Below are positions 9,986-20,142 of a stretch of DNA of 64,000 nucleotides, in pieces. The notes beneath the pieces are model-generated. The model was not told the origin of the DNA. It saw nothing but the letters and a program-made list of their open reading frames with translations, and ran no database searches. The position numbers were made by a program, and so were the translations under genes. How positions within the stretch are numbered: position 1 is the stretch's first letter; the number at the start of each line of letters is the position of its first letter. The DNA lies in contig CAXXWC010000019.1 of assembly GCA_963668645.2 (NCBI GenBank), positions 576,001 through 640,000 on the forward strand, in the 5' to 3' direction. Origin of the DNA: Desulfobacterales bacterium (GTDB lineage Bacteria > Desulfobacterota > Desulfobacteria > Desulfobacterales > UBA2174).

Positions 9986-10699
9986 ATGGCCCCCGAACCG
10001 CACCCCCTGAACCTGCAACCGCAAACATCGGCCGTCCTGCTGCGGCGCCTGTGGCCCCCTTTTCTCTGGGCCACCCTGGGCAGCATGGCGATCAACCTGG
10101 TCCTGTTCGCCCTGATGCCGTACCTGCTGCACCGTTCCGAAGAACGGCCGGTTTTCGACAAATTGATCCCGCAGATCAACGTGATCCGCCTCAAGCGGCC
10201 CGAAGTGCCCGTGGAACGCAAGCAGACGCGATTGCCCGAACCGGTAAAACCGAAAACCAAACCATTGCCGCCGACCATCGCCGGCCGTATGGCCCCGGTC
10301 GATTTCAAGCTGGCCTTCGAAGTCAACCCCCGCCTGAGCAGCGGGCCGGTGGTGGCAGCGCCGCCGACGGCGACGGTATCCAACTTTGATCATTCTTTCA
10401 CCCCGTCGGTGGTGGCCGCCACCGAACTCGATCATCCGCTGACGCCGCTGGTGCGCATGCCGCCGGTCTATCCGATGAGGGCCAAACGCCGCGGCATAGA
10501 AGGATGGGTCAAGGTGCGCTTCGTGGTCGACGCCCAAGGCGACGTTCAGGACGTCAAGGTGGTCGAAGGGCAACCGCCGGGAATCTTTGACGACAGCGTG
10601 ATCGGCTGCGTGCACGGGTGGCGTTTCATACCGGGAACCGTGGGCGGCACCCCGGTGAGCGCCTGGGCTGAGACCACGGTACGTTTCGAACTGGAATGA
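9986..10699 (+). CDS. tonB: Energy transducer TonB
   Basis: N-terminal TM, Pro-rich linker, C-terminal PVYPMRAKRRGIEGWVKVRFVVD...WRF. Confidence 0.92.
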   Translation: MAPEPHPLNLQPQTSAVLLRRLWPPFLWATLGSMAINLVLFALMPYLLHRSEERPVFDKLIPQINVIRLKRPEVPVERKQTRLPEPVKPKTKPLPPTIAGRMAPVDFKLAFEVNPRLSSGPVVAAPPTATVSNFDHSFTPSVVAATELDHPLTPLVRMPPVYPMRAKRRGIEGWVKVRFVVDAQGDVQDVKVVEGQPPGIFDDSVIGCVHGWRFIPGTVGGTPVSAWAETTVRFELE

Positions 10700-10729
10700 C
10701 GCATCAACTTCCCATCGGCCATCGGGAAA

Positions 10730-12082
10730 ATGGGAGCCATGGAAAACAGGCAAGACAAATCAACGCCGAAACCGCATCACCGCCAGGGCATGGCAGTGAT
10801 GGGGCTCCTTGTTTTAATTTTCATCGGCATCGGCACTATCCCATTGCCGGCCTCGGCCGCCGCCGCACCGGACGATCTTCCGCTGTCGGTGCGCTTCGTT
10901 CTGCGCGACGTCGAGAACCTGATGGGTAAAAAGGCTTATGACCAGGCCATCGCCCGGCTGAACAAATTCCAGAAAGAGTCCAAAAAGGGCCAACATCCCT
11001 TGATCGACATCGCCATGGGCAACCTTTGGCTGCTCAAGGACGAGCCCGGCCGCGCCAAGGCGCCCCTGCGTAAAGCCGTGGCCGCCATGCCCGATCGCAT
11101 CGACGCCTGGCTCAACCTGGCCAAGGCCTGTTACGACACCCAGGATTACCGCGAAGCGGCCGATTGCTTCAACACCGCCTACCAGCGGTCCGCCGAGGCC
11201 GAAAAAAATCCGCAGCACCTCTATTTTTCAGCCATATCCCACCTGTTGGCCAAGTCCTACACCGAGGCCATACCCGTCTTCGAACGGCTGTTTGCCGATT
11301 ACCCGCAGCAGATCAAGCCCGAGTGGCGTGAAAATTTCGTTCACGCCCTGATGGCAGCGGAAAAGCCGCGCCGGGCCCTTCCGCTGGTGCGTGAACTGGC
11401 CCGGCAGTCGACCGGCAAAGCCCGCTTAAAGTGGCAGGAAATCCTTCTTCATCTCTATTTGCAGCTGGAAATGACGGACCAGGCGCGCACTTTCGCGCGG
11501 CAGTTGACGGACGAATACCCCGGGGAGGCCAAGTGGTGGAAGGCCCTGGCGCATGTGGAGTTGTCCTGCTCGCACTACAAACAGGCCCTGGCAGCCCTGA
11601 CCATCTATGGCTGGCTCCAACCGCTGACCGACAACGAAAAGAAGCTGTGGGCCGATTTGAACCTTCAATTGGAGATCCCGGACCGGGCCGCGGCGGTGTA
11701 TGCCGAACTGCTGGCGCGCACGCCGGACCCCCACATGCTGGAAAAACTGATTTCCGCCTACCGCCAGAAGGCCCGCTACGACGAGGCCCTGGCCAGTCTG
11801 GATCGCTACGGCAAGAACCACAACGACTCGAAACTGATGATGTTGCGGGCCGATCTGCTCTACAACGCGCGGCGCTTTGCCGATGCCGCCGATGCCTACC
11901 GCCGAACGGCGCTGAAAGGCAGCCCCCAGGCCGGCCAGGCCTGGCTCATGGCCGGCTACGCCGCCTGGCAGGTCAACGACCTGAACACCAGCCGCAAAGC
12001 CTTCGAGCAGGCCTCAGGTTACAGCCGGCAAAAAAAGGCGGCCCAGGCAGCCATGCGCCAGTTGGAAGCGGTTAATAACTAG
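10730..12082 (+). CDS. Tetratricopeptide-repeat periplasmic protein (start may be 10739 or 10790)
   Basis: Signal-like hydrophobic segment and repeated helical TPR patterns (AWLNLAKACY, AWLMAGYAAW); usual last gene of TonB2-type operons. Confidence 0.85.
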   Translation: MGAMENRQDKSTPKPHHRQGMAVMGLLVLIFIGIGTIPLPASAAAAPDDLPLSVRFVLRDVENLMGKKAYDQAIARLNKFQKESKKGQHPLIDIAMGNLWLLKDEPGRAKAPLRKAVAAMPDRIDAWLNLAKACYDTQDYREAADCFNTAYQRSAEAEKNPQHLYFSAISHLLAKSYTEAIPVFERLFADYPQQIKPEWRENFVHALMAAEKPRRALPLVRELARQSTGKARLKWQEILLHLYLQLEMTDQARTFARQLTDEYPGEAKWWKALAHVELSCSHYKQALAALTIYGWLQPLTDNEKKLWADLNLQLEIPDRAAAVYAELLARTPDPHMLEKLISAYRQKARYDEALASLDRYGKNHNDSKLMMLRADLLYNARRFADAADAYRRTALKGSPQAGQAWLMAGYAAWQVNDLNTSRKAFEQASGYSRQKKAAQAAMRQLEAVNN

Positions 12083-13751
12083 TTTCCGTCCATAAATCGC
12101 CAAAATCAGCCGCCCGAGGACCCTGCAAAGAGGCGGCAGGCGAATAATCTCGAAAGAATTTAGCAAAAAACAAGCCCTTAACAGTAAATGTTACTATTCA
12201 CCCTAAAATCCGGGAACACCTCACCTGTTGGCTTTACGTGTCGAACGGGTGCCGTACCGTCAGGCCAACTGTTTGCGGGCAATCGTAAGCAGGTTGGCCG
12301 AAACGATCGACGCCCAAACATAACTCTGGAACGATCGCCATCCTTTCCAAGTGCACCGATCCAGCCCCAGGCTGCGCTTGAGCCAGGATATGCCCGCCTC
12401 GATGCCGGCCCGGAAGCGACGAAGGCGCCTGTACACATACGGGCTGCGGCACATCTTCTCCGGGTCCAGGCCGCGCTTTTTGGCAAAACAGACGTCTTTG
12501 ATTCCCTTGTCCTTGGCGGCCTTCAAATTCGCCTTGGAAGCAAACCCTCCGTCCAGTGCAACTTTGAGCGGGCAGCGCCCGTAAATCTTTTCTTGCCGAT
12601 CGAGCATCGTCTGGGTCAAGGTCACATCGGCCGGGTTGCCTTCCACGATCTGACAATCGAGAATCAGGTTCGAACGGCCTCCGGTCAGACATATCTTGTG
12701 ACCGAAAAATGTGTCGCGCCGGTCCTTGACGATGATGTCGGTATGCTCCTCGAAAATCGACACGAGCTTTTCCGAGGCCGGAACCTTCTCTCCTTTGATG
12801 ACGCGGCGCTGGGTCTGCGCGATGACCTTTTCGGTCAGTGCAACGTAGCGTTCCAATTCAAAAAACAGGCCCAGCGCGGTCAGGTTGTCAGCACCGACCG
12901 TCTTGAGCCGTTCGATAGCGCGCCGGGCCGAAGCCAACGACTTTGCCGTGTACTTGAGAAGATCGACATAGGCCCCACGACGTTCATTTTTGCTGCGGGC
13001 GTACTGAATTTTGACCATGCGCCGTTTGGCCACCCGGCGGTGATCGTGGTATCCAAATCGGCCCAGGCCAAGATCCCGGACCCTTTGCTGCAACCGGCTC
13101 AGCACCCGGACACAATCATACAGCAGGCTCGAATCACTGGGCGCGTGGATATTGCTTTCGACAACCGTACAATCGATACGTGCCACACGGCCTTTTTCGA
13201 TCTTGTTTTGTTTGGCATAACCGAGCACTTCAAGGTTGATCGCCTCCCAGGTCTGATCCGACAGGGCCTTGATGTTTTTGTTGAGCACCGACTTTTTGAA
13301 CCCCTTGTCGGCAATGCCGATACGGCAAAAACGCCGGATACTCTGGCTGTCGACCAGATGAAAAGCCAGGTCCTGGTAGGTCAACTCGTGGAGCCTCATC
13401 ACCACGGCCGCTCGCAGCACCTGCTCGGCGCTCATGCCTTTTGCCCCGGCACGGCTGACAACACGGCGCCGCTTGCAAAGATCTTGCAGCACGAACTCGG
13501 TGATGATAGGTTTGCTGTCCAGGATGCTGGAGATGGCTTCGAGCTCTTGGGCTTGGATGTGGCTGGCGATCTCGGGCATCAGGGGCATTTGGCGTTGCCA
13601 TTTTTCGCGCATTTTGTGTTGGTCCTTTTCTCGGCTTTGTTAGTATTTACGGTTGTTTGGCGACATCGTTTATACTACACTCAGCCTCGAAACTCCAGCA
13701 CAAAATGCGCTTTTTTATGCCGGCCGGATAGTTACGGCCGCGGATGGACAC
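12082..13751 (-). mobile_element. Complete insertion sequence (ISNCY / IS5-like DDE), copy 1, 1670 bp
   Basis: Imperfect terminal IRs GTGTCCATCC / GTTTCCGTCC; 6-bp target duplication TAACTA at 12076-12081 and 13752-13757; same element as 37272-38941. Confidence 0.92.
12260..13612 (-). CDS. DDE transposase (ISNCY-type), 450 aa
   Basis: RIDCTVVESNIHAPSDS, KLVSIFEEHTDII, ALDGGF and RFRAGIEAGIS motifs; identical protein at 37411-38763. Confidence 0.92.
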   Translation of the reverse strand: MREKWQRQMPLMPEIASHIQAQELEAISSILDSKPIITEFVLQDLCKRRRVVSRAGAKGMSAEQVLRAAVVMRLHELTYQDLAFHLVDSQSIRRFCRIGIADKGFKKSVLNKNIKALSDQTWEAINLEVLGYAKQNKIEKGRVARIDCTVVESNIHAPSDSSLLYDCVRVLSRLQQRVRDLGLGRFGYHDHRRVAKRRMVKIQYARSKNERRGAYVDLLKYTAKSLASARRAIERLKTVGADNLTALGLFFELERYVALTEKVIAQTQRRVIKGEKVPASEKLVSIFEEHTDIIVKDRRDTFFGHKICLTGGRSNLILDCQIVEGNPADVTLTQTMLDRQEKIYGRCPLKVALDGGFASKANLKAAKDKGIKDVCFAKKRGLDPEKMCRSPYVYRRLRRFRAGIEAGISWLKRSLGLDRCTWKGWRSFQSYVWASIVSANLLTIARKQLA

Positions 13752-13766
13752 TAACTAGAGTTGCAT

Positions 13767-14645
13767 ATGACCACAGACGAAATCCGTTTCTGGGCCAGCC
13801 GCTGGCAGGAGCACCACGACGCATCCATTCAGGGACGTCGCCGCCGCTCCGGCAGCGAGCCGATGAAACGCTGGAACAAAATGGCGCCCGATTTCGCCCG
13901 CAACACCGACCGGGCCGATCTGGCAGAGCAGCGCCGGGCCGTGGTCAACGATCTGGTGGCCTGCGGCGCGCTGGCTGCGGGTTTCCGGGTGCTGGACATC
14001 GGCGCCGGCCCCGGGTCCTGGGCCCTGCTGCTGGCCGAAACCGCGGCCGAAGTGACGGCCCTGGAACCGGCCGAGGCCATGGCCGATATTCTCGAAGAGA
14101 ACATCTCCAGCGCCGGGGCAGACAATATCCGTATCGTGCGCCGCACCTGGCAGGACACGGACCTGGACCGGGAAGGCTGGCGGGGGGCCTTCGATCTGGT
14201 CTTTGCCTCCATGTCGCCCGGGATCGACGGGCCCGGTGCGCTTTTGGCGATGATGGCCGCCAGCCGGCGCTGGTGCTACCTGTCGACCTTTGCCGGCCGA
14301 GGACCCCGGCCGTGGCACGCCGATTTGTGGCGCGAGTTTTTCGACGAACCGCCCGGTGCCCACCGCAGCGACATCATCCATCCGTTCAACCTGGTTTACG
14401 CCATGGGCTACCGCCCGCATCTGCGCTTCACCTTTTGGGACCACCAACGGCGCTGGTCGCGCGACGAGGCCATCGGCCAGTGCACGGCGTTTCTGGAAGA
14501 CTACCTGGAGTTGACGCCCGGAATCGAGGCCCAGGTGGCCCGCTTCGTGGACCGGCGGCTTGACGGCGGGATGCTGGTGCACATGGACCGGATCTGCCGC
14601 GGCACCATGATCTGGAACCTGACCGAACGCGAAGAGCAGCCATGA
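13767..14645 (+). CDS. Class I SAM-dependent methyltransferase
   Basis: VLDIGAGPG motif I, ALEP motif II, FDLVFASM. Confidence 0.88.
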   Translation: MTTDEIRFWASRWQEHHDASIQGRRRRSGSEPMKRWNKMAPDFARNTDRADLAEQRRAVVNDLVACGALAAGFRVLDIGAGPGSWALLLAETAAEVTALEPAEAMADILEENISSAGADNIRIVRRTWQDTDLDREGWRGAFDLVFASMSPGIDGPGALLAMMAASRRWCYLSTFAGRGPRPWHADLWREFFDEPPGAHRSDIIHPFNLVYAMGYRPHLRFTFWDHQRRWSRDEAIGQCTAFLEDYLELTPGIEAQVARFVDRRLDGGMLVHMDRICRGTMIWNLTEREEQP

Positions 14646-14777
14646 CCGGACACGGTGTGAAGCCTGCGGCATGTCATTTAAGACCGAGGTCTTACAGGCG
14701 TCACTTTGCGTCGCCTGGAAGGTGAACAGGCCCGTGCTGGCACGGGCAATCGTGGCATCAAGGAAAGGAAGGCAAAG

Positions 14778-15773
14778 ATGAAAACAAGATGTGCCCTGAC
14801 CGCCGGCCTGACAACCGCCCTGATCCTGGTGCTGGCCGCCCTGGCAGGCGCCGGATCGCTGGACACGGAAATCAGCGGCGCCATGAGCCGGCTCGCACTA
14901 TCCAAGGGCAGCCCCGACCTGCTGGTGCTCACCGATGCGCCTTTCGTCAAGATGCGCGGCCGGCCCGCCCTGGCGGAGCTTGCCGTTGTGGAAAGGCTTA
15001 CCGGATGCAGCGTCGGCAACGGCAACCTGCTCTTTTTCCAGCGCCCCCAGAACCATCCCCTGCGCTTTTTGCTCTTCAGCCGCCAGAACGGGCAGGCGGT
15101 GGTGCTGAGCGCTGCGGCCGGCGGGTTCGACGCCGAAAAGCTCGACATGGGCATTGAGGCCATCGCCGACAAAAAATTCTGGGATCGCAGCAAGAAGTTT
15201 CTGGCCGGCAGGGACATGTTCACCCTGGCGGCCATCGCCAACGCCTGGGCCCAGAACGCCCCCTATGACTTTTTAAAATCCGCCGAGCTGCACAACCATA
15301 TCTGTCCGGGATTGACCTCGGGGTACCTGATGGCCCAGTACATCCTGAACCGGTATCCATTGAGCGAAAGCGAGCGCTATACGGTGGTTTCCTCTCCTGT
15401 CTGGTGCAAGGAGGATGCCCTGCAGGTGGTGCTCGACTGCACTCCGGGAAAAAAGGGAATGATCGTCAAGCCGCTTTCCGCAGAACAGACGGCGGCTGTC
15501 AAAATCAAGAACCCGGCCGGCATGGTCCTGATCTGGAACGCCAGGGAAAAAACCGGCAGGGCGGTGGCCCTGAGCTTCGATATGGCGGCGTTCAAGGCCC
15601 TCAGCCCCGAGGGTGCCACCAAGGCCGCCATGGTGACCGCGGCCGTACCCTATCTCCACGATCCGGATCGTTTCGTGTCCACCGGGGCCGAGGTGGTGCT
15701 CGACGAGCAGTTGTACAACCGGATCCTGCTTGCCGGGACCAATCCTTACGAGGCTGTCGGGCTGGTGAAATAA
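14778..15773 (+). CDS. FmdE-family metal-binding protein with signal peptide
   Basis: LHNHICPGLTSG and WCKEDALQVVLDCTPGK motifs; N-terminal signal sequence. Confidence 0.8.
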   Translation: MKTRCALTAGLTTALILVLAALAGAGSLDTEISGAMSRLALSKGSPDLLVLTDAPFVKMRGRPALAELAVVERLTGCSVGNGNLLFFQRPQNHPLRFLLFSRQNGQAVVLSAAAGGFDAEKLDMGIEAIADKKFWDRSKKFLAGRDMFTLAAIANAWAQNAPYDFLKSAELHNHICPGLTSGYLMAQYILNRYPLSESERYTVVSSPVWCKEDALQVVLDCTPGKKGMIVKPLSAEQTAAVKIKNPAGMVLIWNAREKTGRAVALSFDMAAFKALSPEGATKAAMVTAAVPYLHDPDRFVSTGAEVVLDEQLYNRILLAGTNPYEAVGLVK

Positions 15774-15803
15774 GGGCCGGCGCGCGCCGGTCCAGGCCGT
15801 GCT

Positions 15804-16994
15804 TCAGTCCACGCTGAGCTGGCTTTCCGCCCGGGCATTGAGATGGACCCGCGGCACGCGGGCCCCGACGGTGGTAACCACCTCGTAGTTGATGGTGCCC
15901 AGGATCCGGGCCACCTCGTCGGCGCTCAGTTCGGCTTCTGCCTGGCGTCCGAAGATGACCGCCTCGTCCCCCACGTCGATCTGGGCGTCGGGCCCGGCAT
16001 CGAGCATGCACATGTCCATGCAGATGCGTCCGGCGATGGGCGCCCGCCTCCCGCCGACCAGCATCTGGCCGGCGGAAGAAAACCGGCGGCTCAATCCGTC
16101 CGCATAGCCGGCGCCCACGGTGGCGATCACCGTGGGCTGTTCGGTGGTGTAGGTCATGCCGTAGCTGACATGAAATCCGGCCGGCACGCTTTTGACGTGA
16201 ACCACGCGTGTTTTGAGGGTCATGGCCGGTTTCAGGGCAACGCGGCTGCGGTCGACCTCATCCGAGGGGTAGAGACCGTACAGGGCGATCCCGCAGCGCA
16301 CCATGTCGAAATGGGTCTCGGGCATTTCCATGAGGGCGGCGCTGTTGGCCGCATGGCGGATGGGGATGCTCAGGCCGGCAAAGTGCAGGTGGTCGAGAAA
16401 ATCGGTGAACTTTTCCAGCTGGTCCAGGGTCGGATTCTTGTCCTTCTGGTCGGCGGCGGGAAAATGGGTGTAGACCCCCTCGAGTTCGATCCCCGGCAGA
16501 TGGGCGATGGCTTCCACCGCAAATACCGGATTGCCCGAAACGGCCTTGCCGGTGGGCGAAAAGTTGAAGACTTCCGGCATCAGTCCCAGGCGCCCCATGC
16601 CGGTGTCGACCTTGAGGTGCACCTTCAGGGTGTGCCCGGCGGCGCCGGCCGCTTCGCTGTATGCTTTGGCCGTTTCGAAGGAGTAGACCGTAGCGGTAAG
16701 ATCGTTGGCCAGCAGGATACCGGCCGCTTCAGGGGGCGTATAGCCGAAGATCAGGATCGGGGCCCGGATCCCGGCCTGGCGCAGCTGCACCCCCTCTTCC
16801 AGGCGGGCCACTCCCAGCCAGTCGGCCCCGGCCGCAAGGGCCTGCCAGGCCACGGCCACGGCCCCGTGGCCGTAAGCGTTGGCCTTGACCACGGCCATGA
16901 AGCGGGTCGGCGGGCTGGTCAGTTGGCGCAGGGCGCTGATGTTGTGGGCGATGGCATCCAGATCAACTTCGGCCCAGGTAAGCGCGGTTTCCAC
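15804..16994 (-). CDS. alr: Alanine racemase
   Basis: AVVKANAYGHG PLP-lysine motif, HLKVDTGMGRLG, GRICMD; GTG start at 16994 behind GGAGGAG. Confidence 0.97.
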   Translation of the reverse strand: METALTWAEVDLDAIAHNISALRQLTSPPTRFMAVVKANAYGHGAVAVAWQALAAGADWLGVARLEEGVQLRQAGIRAPILIFGYTPPEAAGILLANDLTATVYSFETAKAYSEAAGAAGHTLKVHLKVDTGMGRLGLMPEVFNFSPTGKAVSGNPVFAVEAIAHLPGIELEGVYTHFPAADQKDKNPTLDQLEKFTDFLDHLHFAGLSIPIRHAANSAALMEMPETHFDMVRCGIALYGLYPSDEVDRSRVALKPAMTLKTRVVHVKSVPAGFHVSYGMTYTTEQPTVIATVGAGYADGLSRRFSSAGQMLVGGRRAPIAGRICMDMCMLDAGPDAQIDVGDEAVIFGRQAEAELSADEVARILGTINYEVVTTVGARVPRVHLNARAESQLSVD

Positions 16995-17260
16995 GGATCT
17001 CCTCCACAGGCTTGGCCCCGGCTGTTCGGGGTGTAAGTATCGGTGTCTGTTCACGTCAAATAGCGAAAACAGACGGATACTGCAACACGTATACGGGCCG
17101 CCAAGTGCAAATCGGCGCTCCGCAGGCGCCGGCAAACACCGGGGCCGGCAGCGCGCCGGGCAGTTTTCAGGAGTCGGAGAGTACCGTTCCCCGGGCCCTT
17201 GCAGGCTGCACGGCGGTTTCCGGCGGGAAAAGACGCTCCCCCGCCGGGAACCGCCGGTTC

Positions 17261-18376
17261 TCAGCCCAGCAGGCCGTCCACCGGCTCGAAGGGCAGGTCG
17301 AAAGCCTCGGCCACCCCCTTGTAGGTGACCTTTCCCAGGACCACGTTGGCGCCCCGCTTGATCTCGACGCTTTCGCGCATGGCCGCCTTCCACCCCTTGT
17401 CGGCGATGGTCACGGCATAGGGGAGGGTGGAGTTGGTCAGGGCCAGGGTCGAGGTCTTGGCCACGGCTCCGGGCATGTTGGCCACGCAGTAGTGGATCAC
17501 GCCGTCCACGGTATAGATCGGCTTGCCGTGGGTGGTGGCCTTGGAGGTCTCGAAGCAGCCGCCCTGGTCGATGGCCACGTCCACCATCACCGCACCGCAC
17601 TTCATGGTGGAGAGCATATCGCGGGTTACCAGCTTGGGGGCCTTGGCACCGGGGACCAGCACCGCACCGATAACCACATCGGCCTTGGGCATCAGCTCGC
17701 GGATGGCCGCCGGACTGGACATGATCAGAAAGCAGTTGGCCGGCATGATGTCGTCGAGGTAGCGCAGCCGGTCCGGATCCTTGTCGAGCAGGTAGACCTT
17801 GGCCCCCAGGCCGCAGGCCATCTTGGCGGCGTTGGTGCCGACCATGCCGCCGCCGATGACCACCACCGTTCCCGGTTCCACCCCGGGCACCCCGCCCAGC
17901 AGGATCCCCTGGCCGCCCTGGGCCATTTCCAGATACTTGGCCCCCTGCTGGATCGCCATGCGCCCGGCCACCTCACTCATCGGGGAAAGCAGCGGCAGGC
18001 TGCCGTCGTCTTTCTGGATGGTCTCGTAGGCGATATTGACCGAACGCCGGGCGATAAGGGCCCGTGTCTGGGGCTCGTCGGCCGCCAGATGCAGGTAGGT
18101 GAACACGATCTGGCCTTCGCGGATCAGGTCGTATTCGGGCGGCATCGGCTCCTTGACATGCATCACCATCTCGGCGCGGGCATAGATTTCCGCCGGCGTG
18201 GCCACGATTTCAGCCCCGGCGGCGATGTAGGCCGCATCGGTCAAGCCGCTGCCGGCGCCGGCGTCTTTTTCCACAAGCACGGTGTGGCCATGTTTGTGCA
18301 TGACCTCCGCTCCGGCCGGGGTCATGGACACCCGGTTCTCCTCTGTTTTGATCTCTTTTAGAATGCCGACGATCAT
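17261..18376 (-). CDS. ald: Alanine dehydrogenase
   Basis: [39 protein letters not shown] and [10 protein letters not shown] motifs. Confidence 0.97.
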   Translation of the reverse strand: MIVGILKEIKTEENRVSMTPAGAEVMHKHGHTVLVEKDAGAGSGLTDAAYIAAGAEIVATPAEIYARAEMVMHVKEPMPPEYDLIREGQIVFTYLHLAADEPQTRALIARRSVNIAYETIQKDDGSLPLLSPMSEVAGRMAIQQGAKYLEMAQGGQGILLGGVPGVEPGTVVVIGGGMVGTNAAKMACGLGAKVYLLDKDPDRLRYLDDIMPANCFLIMSSPAAIRELMPKADVVIGAVLVPGAKAPKLVTRDMLSTMKCGAVMVDVAIDQGGCFETSKATTHGKPIYTVDGVIHYCVANMPGAVAKTSTLALTNSTLPYAVTIADKGWKAAMRESVEIKRGANVVLGKVTYKGVAEAFDLPFEPVDGLLG

Positions 18377-18459
18377 TTTTTGCCTCCTTGGCTGGGCCGG
18401 TGAAAACCACCGGTATTGTGAAATTGCTCGCCCACCGATCACGGTGGCGCATTCAGGCG

Positions 18460-18951
18460 TCAATCCGGATGCGTGCTCAGCTGCCGGCGCACCCCGGACG
18501 GCAGCAGCAGCCACTTGCGCCGGGAGGTCATCACCACGAAGGTCTCGCTCGATTTGATGCCCCCGAGCTTGTAGAGCTTCTCGCACAGAAAGCGGTGGAG
18601 CCCGGACATCCCGTCGGTGGAGATCACCTCGGCCATGATATCGTACTTGCCGGTGACCACCGCAGCCCAGTTGACCTGATCGAGGGCCGCGACCTTTTCC
18701 AGCATATCCTCGAGCTGGTAAGTGTCGAGGCAGATGCCCACCATGGCCACGGTCAGATCCCGGGCCAGGGCCGCATCCACCAGGGCCGCGACGCGCACCA
18801 TGCCGGCCTCGATCAACGCCTTGAGCCGGGAGCGCACCGTGGGCGCGGTCACCCCCATCGCCTGGCTCAGGGTGCCCACCGGAAGCCGGCCGTCTTGAAT
18901 CAGGTGCTCGATCAGGACCGCATCGCTGTTTTGGATATCGTTTCTGGACAT
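18460..18951 (-). CDS. Lrp/AsnC family transcriptional regulator
   Basis: N-terminal HTH (LIQDGR...TVRSRL) and C-terminal VTGKYD RAM domain; directly upstream of ald. Confidence 0.9.
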   Translation of the reverse strand: MSRNDIQNSDAVLIEHLIQDGRLPVGTLSQAMGVTAPTVRSRLKALIEAGMVRVAALVDAALARDLTVAMVGICLDTYQLEDMLEKVAALDQVNWAAVVTGKYDIMAEVISTDGMSGLHRFLCEKLYKLGGIKSSETFVVMTSRRKWLLLPSGVRRQLSTHPD

Positions 18952-19105
18952 CGCCCTACCACCCGTGCCTGGATTGACGCCTGTTCTTCAATCCAGCCTA
19001 TAGCAGAAAAAATTATCGTGTCAAATTTTTTCTAAAGAAAAAATCTATAACGCGATTTTTCCTTCAAGAAATTAAGCCTCGGCGAAATCACCGTTTCTGC
19101 TGATT

Positions 19106-20038
19106 TCACTGCGGCTGCGGGGCAAGGAGCCGCTCAACCTCCAGCGGCTGCTGGATAAGCCCGTGCTGGTGCGCGAAATCGGCAAAACGCTGCCAGCGCA
19201 CCGTATCAAGCTCCTGGCTGCCGGCAAAGTAAGGACGCGTGAGGGCAAAGGCCTTCTTTTCCATTTGCCGGTCGGCCTCGGGCACGGCGTTGAAATAGAG
19301 GTCCAAAGCCTCGTCGGGGTTTTGGCGGACCGCATCGATACCCCGGGCCACGGCCGCCACGAAGGCGCCCAGGGCCGCGGAGCGCTTCTCGCGGGTCTTG
19401 CGGCCGCACACGAAGATCAGCTCGTCGTAGTCCGGGATGCCAAACTTTTCCAATTCAAAGTAGCCGGCAGCCAGGCCGCGCTGGGCCAATTCCACCGTTT
19501 CGTAGGTTTTGAAGGGGCCCATGATCGCATCGACCTGCCGGGTCGCCAGGGCCTGAACGATGGCAAAGCCCACGTTGACCGGCTCATAGCCCTGGATCCC
19601 GTTGATCTTGGCAAAGGCGGCCAGCAGCACGTCCATCATCCCGGGCACGGTGTAGCCGATTTTGCGGCCGGCAAGATCTGTGGGCGCATCGATCCCGCTT
19701 TTCTTTAAATAGAGGAGGGTGGTCAGGGGGTGCTCCACCAGGCGGCCCACCACCTGCAACGGCAGCCCCTGGGCCGCGGCCACGGTGGCCTGGGGTTGGT
19801 AGGAAACGGCCAGGTCCACCTGGCCGGCAGCCGCCAGCTTGAGCCCGTCGGTGGTTTCCGAGGGGCTCAGGATATCGACATCGAGCCCGGCAGCCATGAA
19901 AAAACCCTTTTGCTGGGCCACGTATACCGGCACATGGTCCACGTTGGGAAACCAGTCGAGCATCAGGGTCAGCTTTTCGGCCCCGGCCGGCCCGGCCAAG
20001 GCCACGATCAACACGCAGGCCAACAACAGCTTTTTCAT
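19106..20038 (-). CDS. thiY: ABC transporter substrate-binding protein, NMT1/THI5 (ThiY-like)
   Basis: LMLDWFPNVDH and DLAVSYQP motifs, signal peptide; in a TPP-riboswitch operon. Confidence 0.85.
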   Translation of the reverse strand: MKKLLLACVLIVALAGPAGAEKLTLMLDWFPNVDHVPVYVAQQKGFFMAAGLDVDILSPSETTDGLKLAAAGQVDLAVSYQPQATVAAAQGLPLQVVGRLVEHPLTTLLYLKKSGIDAPTDLAGRKIGYTVPGMMDVLLAAFAKINGIQGYEPVNVGFAIVQALATRQVDAIMGPFKTYETVELAQRGLAAGYFELEKFGIPDYDELIFVCGRKTREKRSAALGAFVAAVARGIDAVRQNPDEALDLYFNAVPEADRQMEKKAFALTRPYFAGSQELDTVRWQRFADFAHQHGLIQQPLEVERLLAPQPQ

Positions 20039-20142
20039 GGGAACATCCTTTCCAGATTTTTTGAGATCCTTGTTTATCAATGCCAAAGGCGGGACTGTCC
20101 GGTCTGCTCCGTTTTCTGTCCTCCGTCCACCGCCCTTCCCCT

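Noticed and set aside
12188..14563. 791-aa plus-strand ORF (and the 539-aa ORF at 37216-38835)
   Set aside because: These are antisense shadows of the IS transposase; they recur only because the IS is duplicated.
16995..17600. N-terminal extension making Alr 598 aa (likewise the extended ORF calls for ald, thiY, exbD and the ECF ATPase)
   Set aside because: The extensions overlap neighbouring genes and are low-complexity GC-rich read-through. Starts with an RBS or a coupled stop lie at the family-typical N-termini.
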